A stretch of 63,703 nucleotides of DNA, filler included, from Lenisia limosa (lineage: Eukaryota; Protista; Breviatea): the NCBI GenBank assembly GCA_001655205.1. It is 8 parts of 8 records of this genome, joined end to end, with 100 filler letters (N's around TTAATTAATTAA, not from the genome) between each part and the next. Parts side by side here need not be neighbours in the genome. Positions count along the whole stretch, not along the records: positions 30,668 to 53,728 come from LPNZ01009018.1; 7 more parts are not named here. The stretch is one strand, 5' to 3'. The position numbers and the translations under genes are program-made. A model generated the notes under the pieces. The model was not told where the DNA came from and made no database searches. It worked only from the letters and a program-made list of their open reading frames with translations. Positions 36,065 through 48,700 of this stretch are shown here, one piece after another. Within the stretch, counting starts at the first letter, position 1, and each line of letters begins with the position of its first letter.

Positions 36065-36322
36065 GCTTTTTTACCATTCACTCCGCGGGATGACGAATAC
36101 GGATACATGAAGATTGTCAACGGTTTGTTGGTGTAAATGTAATCAGCCGAGCCAAAATTGTATGTATTGTTACAAACGTCATTGCAATATTGTTCAGTCT
36201 TATATTTAGGTCAAAAGTTTTCGATTCTTTCGATCAGTCGTGGTCTCACTGCAACTGCAATGGTTATCAACAAGAACGGTTTCATCGGTCGCGTGCCTTT
36301 CAACTACTTAAGAGACTTTCAG
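36065..36322 (+). CDS. Two exons encoding a divergent SH3-like domain, possibly the N-terminus of the helicase-RBR gene
   Basis: Spliced in phase: FLPFTPRDDEYGYMKIVNG|QKFSILSISRGLTATAMVINKNGFIGRVPFNYLRDFQ, with an SH3-like G-x-V-P-x-N-Y-L end. Confidence 0.5.
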
Positions 36323-36771
36323 GTAAAGTGGAACACGATGAAGAGAAGACAAAACCAGATTCAGACTTTGTTTATGATATCATACTATATAGCCTCATAC
36401 ATTTGGACATTTTGTTTGTTATTTTTGAAGGAGAAATGCATTAAAATTCCGGCTTAAGTGACCACATTATGGTTTAAAAATCTGGTGTAGTCCTACAGAG
36501 AGGACAAAACCAGGACTATGACTTTTCCCCCACAATCGGGAGGTACAAGTACTGAAGAAGATATAATATTACATATTTATTGTTTTGCTGTTTCTCAATT
36601 TTTAGGTTGCGAAAGGGGCCAATGGAAAGCGAATCCCTCCAGAAACCTTTAATAATATTGTGGGTTTGGGAGGTTAAAAAGAGGCAAGCATCAGAATGTG
36701 TTACGTCACGTAATGTGTTATGCCACGTAATGTGTTATGCCACGTAATGTGTTCACTTTTTAATAAAATAG

Positions 36772-39700
36772 CCTTGTTTAAAAGGAAGTCGCTGCACTTT
36801 CCAGAATTGCACTTATCAACACCCGCAAGAAGAAAGAATGTTCGAATCCTTCAATAGAGAGGTAATGTATATGATAATAACGTGCCGATAGAACCTACTT
36901 TTTGGTATTGGTCAAGTTTATTCTTTTAGGACTGTCCACATGAAGACCAATGTACAAATTTTTTTTGCAAAAAGAAACACCCAATTGAGGTGTGCTGAAG
37001 TCAAATGTATTGATACTTGATCAATTGAATCAATTAGGGTTGTTTTGCCAATATCTTTTAGTTGCTTTGGAAATTGAAACAGAAGAATTTCTTATTGACT
37101 TTAGGAAAGGTGCTGTCGGTTTGGTGAATTCTGTCCAAGTCAAACTGAATGTAAATATTGTCACCCGGTTATCAAGGTTAGTTGAAATTTTGTCAGATCA
37201 ACTTCTCTGGCAGAAATGAGTTATTTTTTTAAGGATTGCCGAATGAAAGACAATTGCAAGTTGGTTTCTTGCAGGTTCAACCACAGTGACAATCGGACAA
37301 CACCTTGCTTCCGAGACAGTGCCTGTGATTCCACAAACTGCACTCTTCTCCACTCTTCCAACAGAAATGTTTGTATTTCATAGGAAGGGCTTTAATATGA
37401 TAAAAATTGCTGTTCAATTCCTATAGTAGGTGTTGAGCGGGCTACAGTGTTTTGATTACTTTGGTTTATATCATTCAGCAGATACAGACCCCCTAACCTA
37501 GCCAGTCTGCGAACAACCGATCAAACCGTCAGGATCAATCAATCCGTTCTTCCCCCAATCAATCACAGGCCGCACAAATGTCGGTTGGATTTGATGTAAT
37601 GTTAAATTAAACTGTTTCATTTTGATTTTTCGATATTCCTTGTTTTTTACTGATGTAAATTCCCTGAAAATTACTTTTTTTTTTTTTTTTTTATTTTTTT
37701 TTTNNNNNNNNNNNNNNNNNNNNNNNNNNNNNNNNNNNNNNNNNNNNNNNNNNNNNNNNNNNNNNNNNNNNNNNNNNNNNTAGACGGCTTCGGCCAGATG
37801 CAACATTTTTTATTTTTCATATATATATTATAATATTGTGCATGTTGATGGTTTAGTGAGGAAAGCCTTGTTGTTAAAGAGGAAGAGGTATGTTGGAGGT
37901 GTATAGCCAATTATGTGATATTTTAGTTGAAGGCAAAGTTAGAAAGAATCCAAACGTCTTTTCCGGAAAGGTGAGAGAATGTGGAAGCCTCGTAGTTGTA
38001 TAATTCTGTAGAATGAGCAAGCAAGAGGTTCAGTTCAGTTTCCGTCAATGTCGCCGCTTCCCTAAAGAAGTAAGTAATTGATTGTCTTTGATTGTGTGAT
38101 GAAGGGGTTTTTGGCTTTGAATTTTTTCAAAAATGTCCTTTCTTATTTTGTATTAGAGATATTTTGTAACCTGTTTTTTGCACATCTATAAACTACTTGT
38201 ATAAGTCAGAAGTTGACAAGTACAGACAAGTGATGTAACTTGACTAACATCCTAGTTTGTTGTCTATTTTGACTCGCTACATAAGCTGTTTGAGCAAACC
38301 AAAAAGGAGCACTTCGATGTTAATGATTTCAAATTGATGGTGAAGGGGGAAATAAATGTAACAAAATTAATTATGTATATTATATACTATATTGATACAA
38401 AATTGAACAAAGAGACCTTTGTGGTTCAGATTCACTGCTCCATTTCCCCTCAACACGCCAGGTTGAGTACATTAATGATTTTGAACTTCCAGGATACTTG
38501 CAACAACTAGAGGTACGCATGATTCAATACAATAATATTATTTTTACCTAAATATATCATCAGATGATGTGTGTATGATATGATATATATACTATACATA
38601 CAATTTCTTTTTGATTTCTTAAATGGCAAAATATATAATATACATAGTACATATATATGTATATACAATGTCATATGATACGTGTTAATTAATGTAGGCC
38701 AAAACAGAAAAGGTTGCTTACTTGGAAAGAGCTATTGAAAACACAAACCTCTTCATGAATAAGTTGATGCAAACTCTTGGTACGATGTATGTATAAAATT
38801 AGATAAAATCAGAGGGTGTCTGATCAAAATAAATATAATATGATAATATAATATTTAGCTATATTATAACTCATACTATTATGTATTATACTATGAAGAA
38901 ATGAGAAATATAAGGTTGTATCTGGTTCAAGCCGTCCGTTCACGCCATCACACTTTGAAGAGAATTGAATTTATTAATCCACCAATCATTTGCCTAACAA
39001 CTTAGTACACAAATAATCATGTGTTAAAACTTTATTTAATTTGTCAAAGTAAGATATTTTGCATAGGCTGAAGGTTGGGTTGATGTTATGTTTAAAGCAT
39101 GTTGCCAAACAGTCACCCTTATAGAAAGTATGACTTGTGTTCAGCTAAATATTCTGATTCAAAGAGAGTCCTTCAGGATCTGTAATTTCCTCCCGTCTCT
39201 TGCATTTCGAAACGAGGTGAGCTCTATGAGGTGTATTATAGATATAATAATAACAGATAGTACAGTATATTATACCAAGGATGCTTTCGATTTGAAAATT
39301 ATTCTTGATAATTTAGTTTATGGCTTTTTTGTTTACCCCACTTTTTGGGTTTTCCGGCATTATATAGTATCTTCTGTTATAAAAGCCAATTATTTTATTA
39401 ACGTTTTTGTACATACGATTTCAAAAATGAACCCTCCCACATGTTACAAGAATAGATACTTTCTACAATTGAAACCAACCGGGTAGCATTTGTTATTGGG
39501 TCAACCGGAAGTGGCAAGTCAACGCAGGTTTGTTGTGTCATTGGCACACAGTAATGAAACCCGTGTTGTTAATATATTATATACTACTATCACATCATGC
39601 CATTATGGATTTACTCATTTTAGATTCCGTTCTACCTCGCTCAAAACCACAAAAAACCCAAGTTTTCAGGAAGAATTGTTCTTTGTACACAAGTGAGCAT

Positions 39701-42700
39701 CAAATGAAACACTTTCTGATGCCATTTTTATTGCTTTGTTATTGGGGCTGTTTGAAAGAAATGCGACGCATAGTTTGATAGATTTGTAGTTTGGCTTTGC
39801 ATTTTTGAAAATTGAAGTTATTTTACAATCTAGCCGTCTGCTGTTGCAGCAAGGTCTCTCTATCATCGAGTCAACGCGGAGTATTGCAACACCACGGACG
39901 CCTGTAAAACACTCCAAGAAAATGTCAGTGGGCACTTAATAGTGCTGCATATTTAAGCTTATAATGCTATTTCAAAAGCAAAGTGGAGGCAATCTAACGC
40001 TATTAATATATCACACTGATATTATATTATCAAAAGAGAAATTGTTCCGAAAAGACCAACTTTCTTGAAAATCTGTTTACGGTCAGGCAGTAGGAATTCT
40101 GACGGCAAATATGAACCGAGTACATCAGAGCAACCAAGTTATCTACATCACTGAATCTCGTCTCCTTAACGCGCTAGCTAATAAGAAGCTAACTCCTACT
40201 GTCTGCTACCGTACCATCACTCCTTTCAGCTGAGCTCTTGATATATCATGCGTTTCAGCTATGTTACCGTTTAAGATCGGGTTTGACAAAGTCACCTCCA
40301 TCATTTTGGACGAAGCTCATGAGAGATCTCTTGAAATGGACCTTCTCCTTGGGTTAGCAAAGACGCCGCCACCAGCAATTGAACATTGCAAAGTAAGGGT
40401 TGTTTAAAGAAATTCTCAATTCTACAGTCAGAATTGAATGGTTAATTATAAATTACAAAAGAGTATAGGGGTTATGATTCAGTGTTTTGATCTAACATAG
40501 TATATCACTATCACATATGAAATTATCATTTCTCACATCACTTGACCTTTGTTTCAGATTTTGATTCAATCTGCCACGCTCAATTCCAAATCAATGAAGA
40601 CATTTTTTGGTGTTGTGCCTTGCGTCAATATTATCGGTTTGGTGACTTCTTTCTCCTGTAGTGTTTACATGTCTATATAAGTTACTCTCACAATTTAAAA
40701 GAATCAATCTTGGAATATAATATGATCATGGTTCATTTATATGATAGGTTTCCCTTCTCACCCAAACAGGGAAGTCTTTTCCTATTGAAACGATATATGA
40801 AAATGTCTTGCCCGACGACGACGTGTTTCATCTTGCTGGTATGATGGTGCAATTGGAAATGCTAGAAAAGTAGTTCTGTTTTCTTATTTAAATGTAACCA
40901 ACAGAACATAATAATAATAGCAGAATGATATTATATACAGTATAACAAGTATTGACCAACAAAATCAAATGCATCTATCGCTGATAAATCAATAATATGA
41001 TCATACACTAATATTATATTCAAGGCACACTGAGTTGTAAGGTAAATGATTAGGAAAATTAATCACTATTTGATCTCTTATTAGCGTGATGATATGACAG
41101 CTTCGGTGAGATACTTTCTAATTTGTATTTTATTTCTCTACGTAAAACCTATTTGACTTTGTTTAGGATCAACAGGTCATCACCGTGTTCTTGTTGCAGC
41201 TATCAATCGAGCTTGGACCATCAACCAATCAAATGTTGGATGTTGAAACTAAAACATAATTACGTTTAATAAATATAGTATTATAATATGATACAGTTTT
41301 GTAACTGAGGGATTGCAGATTGCTTCAGTGTGTTGTTTTACATTCGGTTCAAGAAAATAGAAACGGCCAAATTGATTTTTTCAAATCTTCCTTTTACAAT
41401 TTCCTTTCACCAAATGCAGGCCCCCGGAAACATTTTATGTTTCGTCGCCAATTTGGAGCAAGCAGAAAAGGCAGTAGAAGATTACACACAATTGGTATTA
41501 TTCTAAGTCATTGTTTTACTTTTGATCTGTTCATTTTACTCACTAATACTCTTTTAAACTTGTGATAATTTTGTTCATAATTTCAACTTGAATATCGAAC
41601 ATGCAATCATATCTATCATGGATAAGGGACAGTATTACAAGTTGAAAGTCGATTGTATGACTTGAGACTTTGTACGCAGTATTTTGATTGAATTTGCTCC
41701 ATTTCCATTTCACCTTTTATTTGAATTCAGGCCGAGGAAGACAGTTCTGTTGCCTACGCGTTAACGGAGTCGAATACTGAAGTTTTCCCTGACATCATGA
41801 GACATTCAAAACACCGGAAGGTTAGGGGACGTAAGACCGTGTTAAGTCAAAGCACTTCAAACAAGTCAAAACTAATCAGGGGTTTTCACAGCTCTTACTA
41901 TTTAGGTCATATTCGCAACAAAAATTGCCCAGACTTCCTTGACGCTTGACAGTGGGTGAGGCACTTAGAGTTTTGCTGATCTGAAAAGAAGCAAAAGCAT
42001 GCTAAGAAATTATCATTCATCTTTTAGAAATAGGATTTGTGATTGATTGTGGATTTGAGGAAGTTAAAGTCTTCGACCCCAAAATGAGGTTATCATCTTT
42101 TCAAGTAAGGGCATGTGAATATGGTGTTTACTCTGTTCAATTGTAACATTTTATCTTAGTTGCAATATTTTGTTCTCTCCCATATTTCCTCCTGACATAT
42201 TAGATGAAGGCAATTAGCAGATCTTCAGCCATTCAAAGGATGGGTCGAACTGGAAGAACCCAACAAGGAGTACTCTACCGGATTTACTCGTACGCAAGGA
42301 ATATCAGATTATTAATTATAGCAATCCAAGTGCAATATATTAGTGTAAGGAATTTTGTTTCTAACTAAAATAAGATCATTAAATAGTATGGTTTGATACA
42401 GGATCACCTGCAATCATTCCCACCTGTTGATTACATTAGACATTCCGACTTCATCAATATGGATGACCAGTGTTCCCGAAGCCCCAATCAGATTTCTTCT
42501 GTCCTACATCTTGCCAAATTGGTAGGGATTTCTAAGTGGATGGATACTTTAAAATTAGCAGGTTTCTTGTCCCTCTTCTGATATGTATCACCTTCATTAG
42601 AAAAGAGTTCCGTATTGTCACACTTTTAGGGCTGTAACCCAACGACTTTCAATTGGGTCGACCAACCGTCTCCACTTTCTGTTGATTCAGCGTGTAAAGA

Positions 42701-45700
42701 CCTAATGAGACTTGGACTTCTTGATAAGAGAGACAACATTTGCAAAGACGTGGGCAAATTGCCGCTTTTTGGCATGAGGTGAGGGGTTGTTGGTCGTAGT
42801 ATCCATGAGCTGCAGTTTTTATTTCATTTCTTGTTTTTCCTGGAGTCTCTTTTTCGTTGGAGGTGACATCATTTTGTCTCAAGATAATATATCATATGTA
42901 GTGAACTTGAAAGAGGCGACTGGGAGTATAGATTGACAGAAAAAGGGCATGAGGTAAGGGCTTGATGTATAAAAGACAGAAATCTGGACGCAATCTGGAA
43001 CATCAAATCAGTTTACGAAGTGTCACCTTTTGACTAGGTTATTCGCCTACAACTTGATTGTCCCTTTGCAGCAGTTTTGGTTCTAAAAGGGCTGGAATAT
43101 GGCCTTGACGTTTACCAGGTTTGATATTGAAAAATATGGAATTAATGATGACCAAATGTTCCAATGATTTATCGATTAATTATTATTTATCTCATATAGA
43201 GAAAAAAATATCATATTTTAAACAAATATCACTCAATTCAATAATAGGTTGTTATTTGAAAAAGTCTTCTTTGAGTAAGGCTCTTTTTTGGACCATTTAC
43301 TTGTTTTTCATCATTTTAAAGATATCGGAAGTGCTTGCAGCTGTTGAAATAGCGCGGAGTGAAGATATGTTTTCCAAATTACAGGAGAAAGCTGATGGAA
43401 AAACTAGTATGGCACATTTTGCCTACAGCGTGTTCCATAACTGTACAAAATCGAGTACTGTTATGCACGGAATGAAAAATATGGCTAGAGATCTTTTCAT
43501 CGAAAGACGAAATGCGATCACGACAACTCTGTGCAATGCGCTAAAAGTTATCAACAACAGGTCAAGGTATGTAAGCAAGTCGGAGTGATGTAGTTAAGGT
43601 ATCATCGCAATACTCTTTGTTTAACTTTATTGATTTATATTGAATATTACAAAACCCAAGATTATATCATAGCATAATATGCCTTCATAATATTGCTAAC
43701 CAACAAGCTTCAACTAACCAAAAAGGGCAAGCCTAGTTAGTGACACCATATTTACCAGGCTTATCTGCACCTATCGCATGTTAAACCTTGCCGTTCGCAC
43801 TAGTGACAATAATTACTTTGCCTGCTTCTCTAGTAAGCACGGAAGATGTCTAAAACGCGTAAAATAATGGAGCGAGTATTTCATAAATTGCGTTTTTTTG
43901 ACTTGTTTGTGTATAGTGTCTGATATTTCTTGAAATTTTTTACTTCTCAAACAGCCTCCACTGGAACAATAAGAAAACGGTTGAATGCAAAGTACATACT
44001 CTTCGACAGTATTCAAAAAGTTGGGGTCATACAATTATCAAATATTATGTGATATCATATTTATCAATATCATTTCCATATCATTAATATACACGGATAT
44101 CATAAGTAACAATTACTATATGAATAATTTACAATCAATTATAATGTAATATTGCATCAAAATAGTTATTTTTATGTTGTGTCATATTAAAATTTTAGAA
44201 GGAAGAAGTAGTTTTTGTTGATCCTATTGTTGCACAAGAAATTGCGCCAATTTACACACATGAATTGAATTGCGTTCCATCAATTCAACTGAAATTCGCT
44301 TCAAATATCTCCAAAGCAGTCCTTCATGTTTTTGATAAAATGGACAACATCAAAACAATCACTGGATGCAGCTCTGTACCAGAAATCAAGTTGGCTCAGG
44401 TTTACCTTGGTGTTTATTTCCCCAAAGAAATGGTTTATTATGGGAACTTTTTGACACTCAAGAATAAGTAACATTGTGAATTTTTTTGTTGTAGTTATTT
44501 TTCGAATTTAAGTCTGAATCCTCATTTTAAACCTTATATATCAGCTACAATCTCAACACTATATCGTGCCTCGTTAGTGAGCATTCACAGGTTAATGTTA
44601 AAGTGAGTGATGATAATGATTGGATGTGTGTTTATCTGTTATAGAATGAAATGGAGTCCTTAATATGGAAGATAACAAAAGACTGTTCAAGAGTAATGAA
44701 GGTTTGTTGTGATGGGAGCGTTTCTATTCATATAGTATATTGAATAGATGCTATTAGGTTTATTTGGAGAGGACCAACAATAAGATAAGCACATATAAGC
44801 CGTACATACAATTTTCCAAAGCAAAGAACCTGGTTTTAACAAATATAGGAGTTAATCACTCAAACCTCAAATCGTGTCATTCTTGGGGCAGGTAGGAGAT
44901 CCTAACATATGAGGAAAATTTTTTGTAAAAGTGACAAAAATCTCTACCACGTTTAATAATTCAAAAATTCTGATTTATCACTTTAGGCGGTATCACAAAG
45001 TACTTAATGACATCTGCAGAAGAGTTTAGATCAATCAAAATTCTGACAGAAAACGTGTTTGGAGTAATATTTCTGAGTCCTAGATTATAATGCACAGTCA
45101 TCTGTCAAATAATAATTGTATTTTTCATTTCTAGGTTTATACTACTTCCGCACGTATCACGTTTTGAGTTTTTTTAAATGATATTTGGCATTTTTAATTG
45201 TCCAAACATTATGTTCATTTATTAAACTTTCAGACCACAACAAAAGAAGACCTTTTATTGCTGATTGAGGCGTCCTATATCCATGTTGACGAGCTTTACA
45301 AGGTATACACAACAGCAGATAAGTAATTACCATTTGTTGATTAATTCCCCCGTGTTATTTTTCTTTCAGTGTTGTTACAGTTTTAGTTTGAAGAGTCAGA
45401 TGAAATCATAACATGGGTTGCCACCTGCTCGGTGGGTGCAGGTAGTTATGTTGAACCTTTTTGTAGTTGTTTACTGTGTAATAGACTTCCAGAATGATTT
45501 GGCAATCCTATCATTTGAAAATATGAGATTCACACTTTTGGTCTGATAACTATTTGTATTGAATTATTTCCTTGCGTTTACAGTGAAGGAAATGGATGGC
45601 AAACATTTGTTGGAGCTTTTGAAAGACAATGGGTTCTCAGCTTTCCCCAAAAGGCCTGTCTCTTCAAAAATAAATCAACAGAAGTAGGATGATGTACTAT

Positions 45701-48700
45701 GATATTTAATAACGGTTCTATTGTTACCTTTGTATTTTACAATTTTTACATTGTTTAGCCAAGCAAGAATTACCATTTCGATCCCCCTTGCTTGTTCAAC
45801 AGGAGAAGCAGACATCAAGTGCTCTACGAAGAAATCTGCTGATGAAATTGTGGTAAACTTTGGGGCATTCTTTCTTGGAAGGCGTCTTTAACATAATATA
45901 TAGCTACATATTAATGTACAAAATAGTGATAATGTGTATATAATGTACTTTATATATGATAGTATATTATATGTATAATATTGGAATTGTCTTGAATAAT
46001 GTTTTTCTCACTATTTTTTTAAGGCTGAAGCGGGCACTCTATTTGGACCTGGCGTTTTGGCGTCAAAAAAGGTGGGGGCAACTAGGGATGGTCAGTCTGG
46101 AATAACCAAACCATTTATCAAAAATAGATAAGATAGTATTGACAACTTTGTTTTCCGTACAACTGAGGTGTTTTGTCATTTTCATATTTAACAATTTAGA
46201 GATTCACTCACAAAACGGTTCAACTTAAGATGTTACCAAAAGAAATATCAGAAGTATGTGGTAGTATCTAGTTACAGTCAGTGAGTGTGTTAAATGAGCA
46301 TGCATATACTAGGTTTCCTGGTGATTTAGCAGTGTTTCACTTAGTTCCTTGTTGACACTGTTTGACCGTTTAGGAGCATTTGAAAGAGGTACTACTTAAG
46401 AAATCAAGTCAAATTCAATCAGTGATTGTCAAGCGTGAGGTACCAGACAAAGAAATGGTTTGATTCTTTCAGTATTGATTTGATGTACTGTTCTTCCTAA
46501 GTTGACGATCTCCAGGTCATGGACAGTCTTAGAGACTACTACAATATGCGCCAAGGAACAACAGAGTCCGAGTTAAGTGATATTATAGTGCGGAATTGCC
46601 TTCCTGCTGTCACAAATTTTACGGTGAGGTTTGATTTGGCTGCATTTTGCCTTATAAATACGTTTGACTTTCAATAATTCAATTTCTTGATAAGTCAATG
46701 AGAAGGTCTAATAACTACTTTAGTAGTAAAACATTTTAATTTACATTTCAGCACGAAATCAGGACTCTTCAAAACAATGGATTGTGGAAAATCATTGTCA
46801 TTTTTAGAAGCCATGATGATGCTGATAGGGTTGAAGCAGATAATTTTTTCACAGTTTGAAAACTGCTTTTGAATTAACTTCCAGATTAACGATCAAATAA
46901 TTCAAGTTAATAAGAAGTTCTCTGCATATGCAACAATTCCTCCGGTGTGCTCAAGTGTTATTTTGTTAAATCACAAATACACACAAGAATATATTAAAGA
47001 TGGTAATTCCAGTGTAAGCATTAAACCAATTCATTATGACGTTTTTCATAAATAGAGGTTATTTCAGTGTAGTTCATGTTTTAATTTACCTAAAGGTTAT
47101 TTGGGAACATCGAACTGACCTACTGCATTTGACTCCTGATAAACCTGTTACTCTCGTTAAAAATGTGGAAGTGGGCTCCTGGTTTTTTCCCGATTATCAG
47201 ATTGTCATGAACTGGAAAAGTGCAAAACAGTTCTCTGCTTTAATGTATAGCCTGTTTTTGAATTTTTATATTGTCAAACTCCTCTAGGATGTTGAACCTC
47301 AATGTTTAATGATTAACGCATCACATTAAACAGTGTCTTTCAAGCATAACAACTGCTAAGAATCTAGGTCAAGCTCGAGAAATCCCCTGTTGGAGGCGCC
47401 ATCAAACTTCAGGTAAATACTCCCATATTTTGTATCCATTAAGGTATAGTAATGTAGTCCTGAGTGTATAGTTTTGCCCAATAGACTTAATTAGATAAGT
47501 CAGATTTTTCTACTTGTAATACAAGGAATTTTTTTTATATTCCTGCTTTCGAGTTTTTAATTAATCAGCTACATTCGAACAAGCGACCTAAGATTGATGC
47601 CTTCCCACGATTGTTGGCTCAGTGTTGCAGCATGAAACTGTTAGACCATCATAATGTGAGTTTAGTGTGTTCCAGTCATTAAAAATCACACAATTTGAAA
47701 TTATTATCAAAATATCCGTGTGGTTTGCTTTATGTTAAGATTTAGAGTTATATTCATCTTATATATATTTCATATTGTAATATAATATATACTGGTATTT
47801 GATTGATATATCTTCAGTCACAAAATTGCTACATTGACTTGAGATAAAGCGCATCCGTGATAAGTCTTGTCACAGAGATAAAGCTTAATATTAGTGTCAG
47901 GACTTATTGCGGTCAGTGTACTTTTATAGCCTCATTATGTTGTCATATATTTGGGGTTTTTTATTGAATTCAACCAGCTAAATATTCAAATCTCCCTTGG
48001 CAATGGTGCATTTATCATTTTTTTAGGCGCACTGTCTGTTTTCAGAGCACGGATTAGAGATTCTCGAGGGTGTGAAGCGCGAGTTTGGAGCTGTGTTGGA
48101 TTGGAACGTGAAATTTAAACAAATTGTCATCAAGAAAGACGCTGAGGGTCTTTATGATTCTATTGTCAAAACGCTTGATTCCTTGGACGCTATGGATCTG
48201 TATGGGGGCTTTTTTTCGAGCAAATACTAACTGCAATGCAAGACTGATGGTGATTATTAAGGGGTCGTGCACATAGATTCTGATGGACTGAACCACTGAT
48301 GAGATAAATATCATCATTGTTATGAAGTACATCGTGTTATACATAACATAACCTGTTTTTTAAGAGACTCAGGCAGAGTTAATTATAGAGTGGTTTCTAT
48401 TCCCATTGTTTAGGAATCGCTTTCACTTAAAGGATGGCCGTTCTCAAAAGAAAATTATCGACAAAATCAAAGTGGGCTGACAAAAAGCTGTGATATTTTC
48501 AGGAGAGATATTTCACTTTTGACAAATCTTAAATCGGATGTTGTTCAAGTTTTTTTTCAAGAGTCATCTACATACTCTATATAGCTCTAACAATGTAGGA
48601 AAAGGGTCTAATTGAGACGAGCGGCAATGTGAGACTGGATTGTATATGTTCGTTCTTTCAACAACATAAGATATATAATACCCCGACAAATCTATTATCG

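Noticed and set aside
59-48302. CTGATGA words as hammerhead ribozyme cores or Penelope ends
   Set aside because: I could not find the required stems and a properly placed GAAA at any occurrence (for example 59, 865, 14015, 20484, 48296).
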